Positions 50,638-60,327 are shown, counted from the stretch's first letter. The stretch: 64,000 nt of DNA from an uncultured Burkholderiales bacterium (GCA_963924885.1 CAWUUY010000107.1:7302-71301), one strand, 5' to 3'. The notes: generated by a model from the sequence alone, not told the origin. Numbers and translations: made by a program.

Positions 50638-51018
50638 ATGCCCAGAAAAATCATCCACACCGACCACGCCCCAAAAGCCATCGGCACCTACTCCCAGGCC
50701 GTGCGCATCGACAACACAGTCTACTGCTCCGGCCAGATCGGCCTTGACCCTAAAACCATGCAAATGGTCGAGGGCATCGACGCGCAAATCCGTCGCGTGT
50801 ACGACAACCTCAAGGCTGTGGCCGAAGCGGCGGGCGGCAGTCTCAATGACGCCGTGCGCTTCACCGTGTATCTCACCGACCTGAAGCACTTCGCCAAAGT
50901 GAACGAGATCATGACGACGTATCTGACCGAACCTTACCCCGCGCGCGCGGCGGTGGGCGTGGCGAGCCTGCCGCGCGATGCGCTGGTGGAGATTGATGCT
51001 GTTTTGTGTCTGGAGTAA
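50638..51018 (+). CDS. ridA: RidA/YjgF-family reactive-intermediate deaminase
   Basis: AP.AIG.YSQA......V..SGQI...P.........Q......N......LP..A.VEI. Confidence 0.88.
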   Translation: MPRKIIHTDHAPKAIGTYSQAVRIDNTVYCSGQIGLDPKTMQMVEGIDAQIRRVYDNLKAVAEAAGGSLNDAVRFTVYLTDLKHFAKVNEIMTTYLTEPYPARAAVGVASLPRDALVEIDAVLCLE

Positions 51019-51021
51019 GGC

Positions 51022-53220
51022 GTGAAGTGTGAGGCGAAACCCCCGGCGGCACCGGCGAACGCCCCACGCCTCGCGCCCCACGCGTCACTCGCCGGATTAA
51101 GCAAAGGCACCCTCGATAAACTCGCCAAGCTCGACATCGCCAGCAAGTTCGATCTGGTGCTGCACCTGCCGCTGCGTTACGACGACGAAACGCATTTGTA
51201 TCCGGTGAAGGATGCGCCCGCTGGACGCGAGGTGTTGATCGAGGCCGTGGTGACGGAATGCGACATCAAGTACCGCCCGCGCCGCCAGTTGGTGTGTCAT
51301 CTCGAAGACGGCAGCGGCACGGTGCTGCTGCGGTTTTTCAGTTTCTATGGCAGCCAGGTCAAGCATTTCACAGCGGGTGCGCGTATTCGCGCCTTTGGTG
51401 AAATTCGCCACGGGTTTTTCGGCGAGGAGATGGTGCATCCGCGTTACCGTGTGGTGGAGGCCGGCACGCCAGTGGCCGAATCGCTGACGCCGGTGTATCC
51501 CGCCACCGCCGGCATGGGACAGGACACGCTGCGCAAACTGATCGCGCGCGCGCTGGCCTCCGAAAAACTCGACGACACGCTGCCTGCCCCGCTGCTTAAA
51601 AAGCACCGGTTGCCGGCGTTTCGCGAGGCGGTGCGTTTGCTGCATAACCCGCCGCCGGATATCTTGCAGGACGATCTGCAAACGCGCGACCATCCCGCGT
51701 GGCGGCGGGTGAAGTTTGACGAGTTGCTGGCGCAGCAGTTGTCGATGCGCATCCATCAGCAACGCCGGCGCGGCGTGGGCGCACCGGCGTTGCGTGCGAA
51801 AGGTGCGCTGGTCAGCCGTTTGCTGAAAGACCTGCCGTTTCAATTGACGCAGGCGCAGCAGCGTTCCACCTCGCAGATCCGCGAAGACCTGATGAAACAG
51901 CATCCGATGCAGCGCTTGTTGCAGGGCGATGTGGGCAGCGGCAAAACCGTGGTGGCCGCGATTGCCGCCTTGCAGTGCGTGGAAAATAAGTTTCAGGTGG
52001 CGCTGATGGCGCCGACGGAAATTTTGGCCGAGCAGCACTACCGCAAGTTTTCCAGTTGGCTGGCACCGCTGGGCATCGAGGTGGCGTGGCTCTCCGGCAG
52101 CACTAAAAAAAGTGATAAAAAAAATATACTTGCAAAAATAGCGGCGGGTGAAACACCGGTGGTGGTGGGCACCCACGCGCTGTTTGAAGACGACGTGGTG
52201 TTCAACAACCTGGGGCTGGCGATCATCGACGAGCAGCATCGCTTCGGCGTGCGCCAGCGGCTCGCGCTGCGCTTGAAGGGCACGCAAGCCGCCTTGGGGA
52301 ATGGTGTGGGTAAAGCGGCGGATCAAGCCCAGCCGCACCAATTGATGATGAGCGCCACGCCAATCCCGCGCACGCTGGCGATGAGCTACTACGCCGATCT
52401 GGACGTATCAGTGATCGATGAACTGCCGCCGGGCCGCACGCCCGTCACCACCAAGCTCGTGTCCGACACGCGCCGCGACGAAGTGATCGAGCGCGTGCGC
52501 GATGCCTGCGCGCGCGGCAGTCAGGCGTATTGGGTGTGCCCTCTGGTCGAAGAAATTGAAGCCGAGGCAGAGCCGGCGGACGGCAAACCCGCGAAGCCCT
52601 CGCGCAAGCCGGGGCGCGCCGGCCTCGAAGCGCTGCAACTCAAAGCCGCGATGGAAACGTACGAAACCCTCAGCGCCGCCTTCCCCGATCTCAAAGTCGG
52701 CCTCGCACACGGGCGTCTCAAAAGCGAAGAAAAATCCGCCGTGATGGCAGCCTTCCAGCGCAACGAGGTGCAACTGCTGGTGGCCACCACCGTCATCGAA
52801 GTGGGCGTCGATGTGCCCAACGCTTCGCTGATGGTGATCGAAAACGCCGAGCGTATGGGCCTGTCGCAACTGCACCAACTGCGCGGGCGCGTCGGGCGTG
52901 GCGCGGCGCAAAGCGCGTGTATTCTGCTCTACCGCACGCCGCTGTCGCCGATGGCACGCGAACGGCTAAAAATTATTTTTGAAAACACCGACGGCTTCGA
53001 AATCGCCCGCCACGATCTGCGCATGCGCGGCCCCGGCGAACTCCTCGGCGCGCGGCAAAGCGGCGTGCCGCTGCTGCGATTTGCTGATTTATCGGCGGAT
53101 GTGGATTTACTCGACGCCGCGCGCGATGCGGCGGCGGTGCTATTAACTGAAAACCCGACTGCGGCACAGGAGCATCTGGATCGATGGCTCTCCGGGCGTG
53201 GGGAGTTTCTCAAGGTTTGA
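51022..53220 (+). CDS. recG: ATP-dependent DNA helicase RecG
   Basis: LQGDVGSGKT (Walker A), DEQHRFG, wedge domain, TTVIEVGVDVPNA, QLHQLRGRVGRG. The exact start is uncertain (GTG 51022). Confidence 0.92.
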   Translation: MKCEAKPPAAPANAPRLAPHASLAGLSKGTLDKLAKLDIASKFDLVLHLPLRYDDETHLYPVKDAPAGREVLIEAVVTECDIKYRPRRQLVCHLEDGSGTVLLRFFSFYGSQVKHFTAGARIRAFGEIRHGFFGEEMVHPRYRVVEAGTPVAESLTPVYPATAGMGQDTLRKLIARALASEKLDDTLPAPLLKKHRLPAFREAVRLLHNPPPDILQDDLQTRDHPAWRRVKFDELLAQQLSMRIHQQRRRGVGAPALRAKGALVSRLLKDLPFQLTQAQQRSTSQIREDLMKQHPMQRLLQGDVGSGKTVVAAIAALQCVENKFQVALMAPTEILAEQHYRKFSSWLAPLGIEVAWLSGSTKKSDKKNILAKIAAGETPVVVGTHALFEDDVVFNNLGLAIIDEQHRFGVRQRLALRLKGTQAALGNGVGKAADQAQPHQLMMSATPIPRTLAMSYYADLDVSVIDELPPGRTPVTTKLVSDTRRDEVIERVRDACARGSQAYWVCPLVEEIEAEAEPADGKPAKPSRKPGRAGLEALQLKAAMETYETLSAAFPDLKVGLAHGRLKSEEKSAVMAAFQRNEVQLLVATTVIEVGVDVPNASLMVIENAERMGLSQLHQLRGRVGRGAAQSACILLYRTPLSPMARERLKIIFENTDGFEIARHDLRMRGPGELLGARQSGVPLLRFADLSADVDLLDAARDAAAVLLTENPTAAQEHLDRWLSGRGEFLKV

Positions 53221-53253
53221 GGTTTTGAAAAAACGCCGTAGAGGAAATTATTG

Positions 53254-53358
53254 GTAGGTTGGGCAAAGCACAGCGTGCCCACCCTGCGCTCGCTTCTTTG
53301 CCGCCCAACAGGTTCAGCCGCGGGCCCGCGAAGCGGGACCGTCGGCTGGAACCTGTTG
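53254..53358. repeat. composite REP-like structured repeat (GTAGGTTGGGC module plus long imperfect hairpin)
   Basis: GTAGGTTGGGC-N12-GCCCACC at 53254-53282. CAACAGGTTCAGCCG...CGGCTGGAACCTGTTG arms at 53306-53320 and 53343-53358. Confidence 0.5.
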
Positions 53359-54093
53359 TTAGGCGACGACTCGCCACATGCAGGCAATGCGGTATCTCTG
53401 GCAAACGTCATCGACCGCCTTTGTGATTGCTCCCCATACATTGGGTCTCGAGAAACTCCCGACTGATGGATGCCCGATGGCAACTACAGGAACGGCTGTG
53501 CTGAGGCTCTTTATGCGAAGCTCTCGTGCCGGGAATGCTCTGACCATTGTTCCTCGATGCTCCGCCCGAACTTCATCTGCAATGGGAATGCCCTCGCTCC
53601 ATGTGGTGTAACCGTGAAGCGAGGCAAAGATCTCCGGCTTCATAGTCTCCAAGAGGATCATGCGCGGACTCACGTGCTCAATGATCTGCCCCAACCAGGG
53701 CTTGCTTTCCTTCATGCCCGTCAGTAGTGACATGCCATGAATCTCCTTAAAATCGCTTTCACGGGCAGAGCGGCGAAATGCCAGGTTGGTTTTTGGGATT
53801 CGCCGAATCTGTTCTGAGCCAGACCGCAGCACATGTTGCAAGAACGGAAGCATCATGCGTTGAATTGTGTAGGAGCAATCCACGGAGTCGTGCTCGTAAT
53901 TCTTAAAGAACGAAGCGGATGCTGACTTCAGGGACTCAGGCTGATCGGGATCCCCGACTGGATTAGCCCCAAGAATGAGCAAAGGCGCCGGGTCAATGCG
54001 ACTGTAGAATATCTTGCATAGACGCGCGTCGGACAGGCCGGTGTGTGCCCGGTACTCTGAATCGATTGCCCGCATTAGCTCGACCGTATCCAT
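53359..54093 (-). CDS. orphan protein with uracil-DNA-glycosylase-superfamily-like motifs
   Basis: 244-aa ORF with GGAGGG before the ATG. LLILGANPVGDP (compare the GxxPG motif 1), TNLAFRRS (compare the TN..k.rp strand), VVAIGHPS (compare the HPS motif). Looks AT-richer than its neighbours. Confidence 0.55.
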   Translation of the reverse strand: MDTVELMRAIDSEYRAHTGLSDARLCKIFYSRIDPAPLLILGANPVGDPDQPESLKSASASFFKNYEHDSVDCSYTIQRMMLPFLQHVLRSGSEQIRRIPKTNLAFRRSARESDFKEIHGMSLLTGMKESKPWLGQIIEHVSPRMILLETMKPEIFASLHGYTTWSEGIPIADEVRAEHRGTMVRAFPARELRIKSLSTAVPVVAIGHPSVGSFSRPNVWGAITKAVDDVCQRYRIACMWRVVA

Positions 54094-54097
54094 CTGC

Positions 54098-54250
54098 CTA
54101 TGAACACCCTCCGCTTTTCGTCGCCCGACTTTGATATGGGGCGACAGTTTTGCGCCCTAACTCGGCACGCTGTCCGGTTAACTTAGCGCCAAAACGTTCA
54201 GAAAAATTTTTATTAAACAATGTCTTAAAGCTGGCGTTGTAAGGTTTCAT
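54098..54250 (-). CDS. possible 50-aa ORF immediately upstream of the UDG-fold gene
   Basis: Hand translation gives MKPYNASFKTLFNKNFSERFGAKLTGQRAELGRKTVAPYQSRATKSGGCS. The stop is 4 nt before the downstream ATG. Below the ORF-track cutoff and may be spurious. Confidence 0.2.
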   Translation of the reverse strand: MKPYNASFKTLFNKNFSERFGAKLTGQRAELGRKTVAPYQSRATKSGGCS

Positions 54251-54386
54251 ACAGCATTAAATTCCCACGAAAAGCGGCGCGGTCAAATGGCCGAGATTTT
54301 GCCCCTGTTCCTGCAAAACAAGACCCATTCGCTCATCAGCAATAATACGCGTAAACGGCTATTGCCGGATTTCGCGGGCACCAGCT

Positions 54387-54541
54387 CGTAGGTTGGGCTG
54401 ACGCAAGAAGCCCAACGTTGCGGCGACACCGCATGAAACGACACGTTGCCGATCGGTGGAAACGGCATGCGCGCAGTGTTGTTGCGGTGCGTGCCACCAC
54501 AGGGCTTGTGTTGGGCTTCCTGCGCGAGCCCAACCTAAACG
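54387..54541. repeat. MITE/REP-like element with GTAGGTTGGGC-type terminal inverted hairpin modules
   Basis: Left end is CGTAGGTTGGGCTGACGCAAGAAGCCCAAC. Reverse complement of the right end is CGTTTAGGTTGGGCTCGCGCAGGAAGCCCAAC. About 155 bp in total. Confidence 0.5.
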
Positions 54542-54616
54542 CGCTTTACAAACCACCACCCCGCCCGCAAACCCCTTTCTGCGATAATCCCGGCAAAACA
54601 ATAACCCCGGATCGAA

Positions 54617-55159
54617 GTGACACCAGCAACAACTCGCATGCCCCGCGACAAGCTCTGGCGGCTCGCGCCCAGCGCGGCAGGGGTTTATCAGCAGTGGCTT
54701 ACGGATCGCGGATCGCTCACGCAGCGCATCGAGGCGCGTTCGCCGGGTATGAAAGTCAAAGTGCTGTTTCAAGGCCGCCGCCGTTTGCATCGCGACGAGC
54801 GGTTTCTGGCGCGTGGCGGCAGTGGACTGGCGCTGACGCGTGACGTGCTGCTGTACTGCGGCAACCAGCCCGTGGCTTACGCGCATAGCGTGCTGGCGCC
54901 GGGCGACCGTGGCGCGGGCTGGCGGCTGATGCAGGGCATGGGGTCGCGCCCGCTGGGCGCTGCGCTGTTTACCGATCCGCGTATCCGGCGGCTGATGCTG
55001 CGCCAGCGCAAATTGGGCCGCGGCCACGAGCTATACCGGCATGCTGCGCGCATCGTAAAATTCAACGGTACGCCGTGGGCGCGGCGCTCGCTCTTCGTGG
55101 CCGGCAATTCGCCTATACTAGTCACCGAAGTGTTCCTGCCGGGGGTGATAACGCTGTGA
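54617..55159 (+). CDS. ubiC: chorismate pyruvate-lyase
   Basis: WL.DRGSLTQRI... pattern. Immediately upstream of, and overlapping, ubiA. GTG start. Confidence 0.8.
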   Translation: MTPATTRMPRDKLWRLAPSAAGVYQQWLTDRGSLTQRIEARSPGMKVKVLFQGRRRLHRDERFLARGGSGLALTRDVLLYCGNQPVAYAHSVLAPGDRGAGWRLMQGMGSRPLGAALFTDPRIRRLMLRQRKLGRGHELYRHAARIVKFNGTPWARRSLFVAGNSPILVTEVFLPGVITL

Positions 55160-56031
55160 CGCTGACGGAAAAACTAAACGCTTACGAAAAACTGATGCGG
55201 CTCGACAAGCCCATCGGCATTCTGCTGCTGCTGTGGCCGGCGTTGTGGGCGCTGTGGTTCGCTGCACCGCGCGTGCAGCGCCTGGATATCCTGCTGATTT
55301 TTGTGCTGGGCACCGTTCTCATGCGCTCGGCTGGGTGCGTGATTAACGACTACGCCGACCGCGACATCGATCCCCACGTCAAGCGCACCAAGTATCGCCC
55401 GCTCGCCACCGGGCTGGTGAGCCCGAAAGAGGCGTTGGTGATCGCTGCGGTGTTGCTGCTGTTGTCGTTCATACTGGTGTTGTTTCTCAATAAACTCACC
55501 ATCGCATTGTCGGTGGTGGCGCTGGTGGTGGCGGCGTCGTACCCGTATTCGAAGCGGTTTTTTCCGTTGCCGCAGGCGTGGCTGGGCATCGCTTTCGGCA
55601 TGTCGATCCTGATGGCGTTTACCGCCTATCGCAACAATCTGCCGCTGATTGCGTGGTGGTTGTTCGCGGCCAATATTTTTTGGGCTATCGCCTACGACAC
55701 CGAGTACGCGATGGTGGACCGCGACGACGATATGCGGCTTAACATCAAGTCGTCGGCGCTGTTGTTCGGCGTGTTTGACGTGGCGGCGGTGATGGCGTGC
55801 CATGGCCTGTTCATTGCCATCATGGCCGGCATCGGGCTGTGGACGAAGCTCGGCGTCGCTTATTACGTGGGGCTGGCGCTAGCGTGCGGCATGATCCTGC
55901 ACCAGTATCAGCTTATCAAGACCCGCGACCGCGACAAGTGCTTCGAAGCGTTCCGCAACAACAATTGGGCGGGCATGGCGATTTTTGCCGGCCTCGCGCT
56001 CGATATGTATCACCGCATTCGTATTTTTTGA
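55156..56031 (+). CDS. ubiA: 4-hydroxybenzoate polyprenyltransferase
   Basis: RLDKPIG..LLLWP..W......NDYADRDID..V.RT..RPL. GTGA overlap with ubiC. Confidence 0.92.
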   Translation: MTLTEKLNAYEKLMRLDKPIGILLLLWPALWALWFAAPRVQRLDILLIFVLGTVLMRSAGCVINDYADRDIDPHVKRTKYRPLATGLVSPKEALVIAAVLLLLSFILVLFLNKLTIALSVVALVVAASYPYSKRFFPLPQAWLGIAFGMSILMAFTAYRNNLPLIAWWLFAANIFWAIAYDTEYAMVDRDDDMRLNIKSSALLFGVFDVAAVMACHGLFIAIMAGIGLWTKLGVAYYVGLALACGMILHQYQLIKTRDRDKCFEAFRNNNWAGMAIFAGLALDMYHRIRIF

Positions 56032-56045
56032 AAGAAGGGTTACTC

Positions 56046-57005
56046 ATGGTTTACGCCCGCCGTCTCTTTATTGCCGTCGCCCTGGCTGTGTCGCCTGCCG
56101 TGTTTGCGCAGGCGTACCCCACCAAGTCCATCCGCGTGGTGGTGCCCTTCGCCGCCGGCAGCGCCACCGACACCGTGGGCCGCAGCTACACCGCCAAGTT
56201 CAATGAACTGCTCGGCCAATCGGGCATTATCGACAACCGCCCCGGCGCCAACGGCATGATCGGAGCGGAGGCGGTGGCCAAGGCCGCGCCGGACGGTTAC
56301 ACCATTTTGTGCGGCACCAACAGCACCAATGCCGCGCTGGTGAGCTTGTATAAAAAACTGCCGTACGATCAGGAAAAAGATTTTGTGCCGATCGCGTTCC
56401 TTGGCTCGGTGCCGCTGATTGTGGCGGTGAACAACAGCCTGCCGGCGAAAACGCTGAAAGACATGATCGCGCTGGCCAAAGCCAAACCCGGCGAGTTTTT
56501 GTATGCCTCCGCCAGCACCTCGCAGCGCGTATCGACCGAAATGTTCGCCAACATGGCGGGCATCAAGTTGACCATGGTGCCGTATAAAAGCTCGCCGCAC
56601 GCCATCACCGATTTGATTGCCGGGCAGGTGATGATGTTCACCGCCGATCTGGCGGTGACCATGCCGCAGGTGAAGGCGGGCAAGATTCGCGGGCTGGCGG
56701 TCACATCGATCAAACGCACGGCGCTGATCGATCTGCCGACAGTGGAGGAAGCCGGTGGGCTGAAAGGGTATGAACTGATCGCATGGTTTGCGGCCTACGC
56801 GCCGCGCGGCACGCCGCAGGCGGTGAATGATCGCTTGAACGCCGCCATTAATCAAGCCGCCAACAGCAAGGACGTCAAAGACCGGCTGATTACGTCCGGC
56901 ATCGAAACCAGCCCGCACACGCCCGCGCAACTGGCGGAACGCACGCGCGTCGAAACCATCAAATGGGCCAAGGCGATCAAGGATGCCGGCATCCAGCCTG
57001 AATAA
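56046..57005 (+). CDS. Bug-family tripartite tricarboxylate transporter substrate-binding protein
   Basis: Signal peptide (AVFAQA) plus YPTKSIRVVVPFAAGSATD. Start at ATG 56046; the listed ORF start 55797 is an upstream extension over ubiA. Confidence 0.88.
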   Translation: MVYARRLFIAVALAVSPAVFAQAYPTKSIRVVVPFAAGSATDTVGRSYTAKFNELLGQSGIIDNRPGANGMIGAEAVAKAAPDGYTILCGTNSTNAALVSLYKKLPYDQEKDFVPIAFLGSVPLIVAVNNSLPAKTLKDMIALAKAKPGEFLYASASTSQRVSTEMFANMAGIKLTMVPYKSSPHAITDLIAGQVMMFTADLAVTMPQVKAGKIRGLAVTSIKRTALIDLPTVEEAGGLKGYELIAWFAAYAPRGTPQAVNDRLNAAINQAANSKDVKDRLITSGIETSPHTPAQLAERTRVETIKWAKAIKDAGIQPE

Positions 57006-58347
57006 TAAGTCGAGCATCCGCATCGGCTGCGGCGCGGGCTACGCCGGCGACCGCTGGGAGCCCGCGCTCGAATGCGTCGAGCGCGGCGACATCCAATACC
57101 TCGTTTACGAAACGCTGGCGGAGCGCACCATCGCGCTGAGCCAGCTTGAAAAATTGCGTGACTCCGCGCGCGGTTACAACCCCATGCTCGAAGCGCGGCT
57201 GCGGCTTGTGTTAAAGCCCGCGCTGGCTCGCGGCATACGCATTGTCAGCAACATGGGCGCGGCGAATCCGCTGGCCGCGGGTGAGGCGGTGCTTAAAGTC
57301 GCGCGCGAATTGGGCATCGCAAAGCTGAAAGTTGCGGTGGTGCTGGGCGACGACGTTACCGAACTGGTGCGCGGCATCGACGCGCCGCTGATGGAAAACG
57401 GCGAGCCGCTGGCATCGATCAAGCCGCTGATGGTGTCGGCCAATGCGTACCTGGGCGCGGATACGGTGGCCAAGGCGCTGGCGACTGGCGCGGACGTGGT
57501 GATTACCGGGCGCGTGGCCGATCCGTCGTTGTTCGTCGGCTGCATGCTCGACGGCCTAGGCTGGAGCAGCGAGGATTATTCCTGGCTGGGGCAGGCGACC
57601 GTCGCTGGGCATCTGATGGAGTGCGCCGGGCAAATCACCGGCGGCTACTTTGCCGACCCCGGCTTCAAGGATGTGGCGAATCTTGCGCGGCTGGGGTTTC
57701 CAATCTGCGAAATGCATGCCGACAGCGCAGCCTTCATCACCAAGCCCGAGGGCAGTGGCGGCGCGGTCACGCTCGCTACCTGCAAGGAACAACTGTTGTA
57801 CGAAGTGCATGACCCCGTGCGTTACGTCACCCCCGATTGCGTGGCGGATTTCAGCGGCGTCAAATTTAATGAAACCGCGCGCGATCAGGTGAGCTTCGCG
57901 GGCGGACGTGCCGCGCCGCGCACGCCGACCTACAAGGTGAGCGTGGGTTATCGCGCCGGTTACTTCGGCGAGGGGCACATGACGTACGCGGGGCCGGGCG
58001 CGTTGAATCGCGCCAAGCTCGCGGGCGACATCGTGCGCGAGCGGCTTAACCTGCGCAACGTGGCGCTCGAAGAACTGCGCGTGTACCTGATCGGGCATTC
58101 GTCGTTGCATGCCGAAGCATCACGCGGAGAAAACAGCGATCCCTACGAAATCCGCCTGCGCGTCACCGGCCACGCGCAAAACCGGCTGGATGCCGCCGCC
58201 GTTGGCGAAGAGGTGCAAACGCTTTATACCAACGGCCCGGCGGGCGGCGCGAGCGACTTCATGCAGGTCAAAGAGGTCGTCGGCGTGCGCTCGATACTGC
58301 TTGATCGCGCCCGTGTCAAAACGGATGTGCGGATGCTGTCGCTGTGA
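56983..58347 (+). CDS. DUF1446 / AtuA-family (acyclic terpene utilisation) protein
   Basis: IRIGCGAGYAGDR...ETLAERTIA...VITGRVADPSL pattern as remembered for AtuA-like proteins. Confidence 0.8.
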   Translation: MPASSLNNKSSIRIGCGAGYAGDRWEPALECVERGDIQYLVYETLAERTIALSQLEKLRDSARGYNPMLEARLRLVLKPALARGIRIVSNMGAANPLAAGEAVLKVARELGIAKLKVAVVLGDDVTELVRGIDAPLMENGEPLASIKPLMVSANAYLGADTVAKALATGADVVITGRVADPSLFVGCMLDGLGWSSEDYSWLGQATVAGHLMECAGQITGGYFADPGFKDVANLARLGFPICEMHADSAAFITKPEGSGGAVTLATCKEQLLYEVHDPVRYVTPDCVADFSGVKFNETARDQVSFAGGRAAPRTPTYKVSVGYRAGYFGEGHMTYAGPGALNRAKLAGDIVRERLNLRNVALEELRVYLIGHSSLHAEASRGENSDPYEIRLRVTGHAQNRLDAAAVGEEVQTLYTNGPAGGASDFMQVKEVVGVRSILLDRARVKTDVRMLSL

Positions 58348-58679
58348 AGCTGCGCGAAATCGCCCACTGCCGCGCCGGCGACAAGGGCAACACACTGAAC
58401 ATCTCTGTGATCGCGTTTGATGAGCGCGATTTCCGCTTGTTGCAGGATCAGGTCACCATCGAACGCGTGCGTGGCGCGTATGGCTCGCTGGTCAAGGGTA
58501 AGATTGAGCGCTACGAACTGCCGAACATCGGCGCGCTGAATTTTGTGCTGCACGACGCGCTGGCGGGCGGCGTGACCACCTCGCTATCCAGCGACCCACA
58601 CGGCAAGAGTTTTTCATCGATCATGGTGAATATCGATTTGCCGGAGCCGGAAGTGGCGCATGGACGGAAAATCGCTTAA
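58344..58679 (+). CDS. DUF4387 protein (usual partner of DUF1446)
   Basis: MKLREIAH.RAGDKGN..NISVIA pattern. GTGA overlap with the DUF1446 gene. Confidence 0.75.
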   Translation: MKLREIAHCRAGDKGNTLNISVIAFDERDFRLLQDQVTIERVRGAYGSLVKGKIERYELPNIGALNFVLHDALAGGVTTSLSSDPHGKSFSSIMVNIDLPEPEVAHGRKIA

Positions 58680-58711
58680 ACGCGATGAAAACCCAACTCG
58701 TAGTGTGCGCC

Positions 58712-58766
58712 GTGCGCACGATCAGCCAACGTTTCGTTGCGCGGACGCATGATTGATCGTGCGCAT
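58712..58766. repeat. 12-bp inverted repeat between DUF4387 gene and ubiD
   Basis: TGCGCACGATCA (58713-58724) pairs with TGATCGTGCGCA (58754-58765). Contains the self-complementary GTGCGCAC. Confidence 0.4.
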
Positions 58767-58798
58767 GGCGCAAGCTACGGATCGAGTCGTTTAAAATA

Positions 58799-60277
58799 AT
58801 GAATAAATACAATAACTTACGTGATTTTATCGCCCAGCTGGAAAAGCTGGGCGAGTTAAAGCGTGTTGGCGTCGAGGTCGATCCGCACCTCGAAATGACC
58901 GAGATTTGCGACCGCGTTTTAAAGGCGGGCGGCCCCGCGCTGTTGTTTGAAAAGCCCACCGGGCACACCATGCCAGTGCTGGGCAATCTGTTCGGCACGG
59001 TGAAGCGCGTGGCAATGGCGATGGGCGCGTCACCGGATGAAGACCCTCTCGCGCGGCTGCGCGAGATCGGCGAAACGCTGGCGTATCTGAAAGAACCCGA
59101 GCCGCCCAAGGGCCTGCGCGATGCGTGGGACAAACTGCCGTTGTTGAAGCAAATCATGACCATGCAGCCGCGCGAGGTGTCGAGCGCGCCGTGTCAGGAA
59201 GTGGTGTGGCAAGGCGATGAAGTTGATCTCGCGCGCCTGCCGATTCAAACCTGCTGGCCGGGCGACGCTGCGCCGCTGATTACCTGGGGCTTGACGGTCA
59301 CGCGCGGGCCGAACAAAACGCGGCAGAATCTTGGCATCTATCGCCAGCAGGTGATCGCCAAAAACAAAGTCATCATGCGCTGGCTGGCGCATCGCGGCGG
59401 CGCGCTGGATTTTCGCGATCATGCGCTGGCGCATCCACGCGAGCCATTTCCGGTGGCCGTCGCCCTGGGCGCGGACCCCGCCACCGTGCTGGGCGCGGTG
59501 ACGCCGGTGCCGGATGGTTTGTCGGAGTATCAGTTCGCCGGGCTGCTGCGCGGATCAAAAACCGAAATCGTCAAATGCCAGTCGCACGGGTTGCAAGTGC
59601 CGGCGAGCGCGGAGATTGTTTTAGAAGGTTTTATTTGCCCCGGCGAAACCGCCTTGGAAGGCCCGTACGGCGACCACACCGGCTACTACAACGAACAGGA
59701 AACCTTCCCCGTATTCACCATCGAACGCATCACCCAGCGGCGCGACGCGATTTACCACTCCACTTACACAGGTAAGCCGCCCGACGAACCAGCGATGCTG
59801 GGCGTGGCGCTGAACGAAGTTTTCGTGCCCCTGTTAAAAAAACAATTCCCAGAAATTGTCGATTTTCACCTGCCGCCCGAAGGCTGCTCGTATCGCATCG
59901 CCTGCGTGAGTATCAAAAAACAATACCCCGGCCACGCCAAACGCGTGATGTTCGGCATCTGGAGTTTTTTGCGCCAGTTCATGTACACCAAGTTCATCAT
60001 CGTCACCGACGACGACGTCAACGTGCGCGACTGGAAAGAAGTGATCTGGGCGCTGACCACGCGCGTCGATCCGCGCCGGGACACGCTGATCGCGGATTCA
60101 ACCCCGATTGATACGCTGGATTTCGCCAGCCCGGTGGCGGGGCTGGGGTCGAAGATGGGGATCGATTCGACGAACAAGTGGCCTGCTGAAACGGATAGGC
60201 ACTGGGGTACGCCGATTGCGATGAGCGACGACGTGAAACGCCGCGTCGACTTGCTCTGGCGTAATCTTGGCTTATAG
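58799..60277 (+). CDS. ubiD: 4-hydroxy-3-polyprenylbenzoate decarboxylase
   Basis: Full-length UbiD pattern (LRDFI..LEK.GELKR......P.LE.TEI.DR......GPALLFE). Confidence 0.93.
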   Translation: MNKYNNLRDFIAQLEKLGELKRVGVEVDPHLEMTEICDRVLKAGGPALLFEKPTGHTMPVLGNLFGTVKRVAMAMGASPDEDPLARLREIGETLAYLKEPEPPKGLRDAWDKLPLLKQIMTMQPREVSSAPCQEVVWQGDEVDLARLPIQTCWPGDAAPLITWGLTVTRGPNKTRQNLGIYRQQVIAKNKVIMRWLAHRGGALDFRDHALAHPREPFPVAVALGADPATVLGAVTPVPDGLSEYQFAGLLRGSKTEIVKCQSHGLQVPASAEIVLEGFICPGETALEGPYGDHTGYYNEQETFPVFTIERITQRRDAIYHSTYTGKPPDEPAMLGVALNEVFVPLLKKQFPEIVDFHLPPEGCSYRIACVSIKKQYPGHAKRVMFGIWSFLRQFMYTKFIIVTDDDVNVRDWKEVIWALTTRVDPRRDTLIADSTPIDTLDFASPVAGLGSKMGIDSTNKWPAETDRHWGTPIAMSDDVKRRVDLLWRNLGL

Positions 60278-60282
60278 ACAAC

Positions 60283-60311
60283 AAAAAAGCCGGGATACTC
60301 CCGGCTTTTTG
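60283..60311. terminator. bidirectional rho-independent terminator
   Basis: A6-GCCGGGA-tac-TCCCGGC-T5, between convergent ubiD and the OMP gene. Confidence 0.8.
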
Positions 60312-60327
60312 ATCAGGGTTTCCCCTA

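Noticed and set aside
51097-52341. 414-aa minus-strand ORF
   Set aside because: Antisense shadow of recG.
54359-55027. 222-aa minus-strand ORF
   Set aside because: It lies antisense to ubiC and runs through the MITE-like repeat. The product is low-complexity and Arg/Ala-rich.
55797-56045. Upstream extension of the Bug ORF over the ubiA 3' end
   Set aside because: The signal peptide and family similarity start at ATG 56046. The extension overlaps ubiA in another frame.
56040-57023. 327-aa minus-strand ORF
   Set aside because: Antisense shadow of the Bug binding-protein gene.
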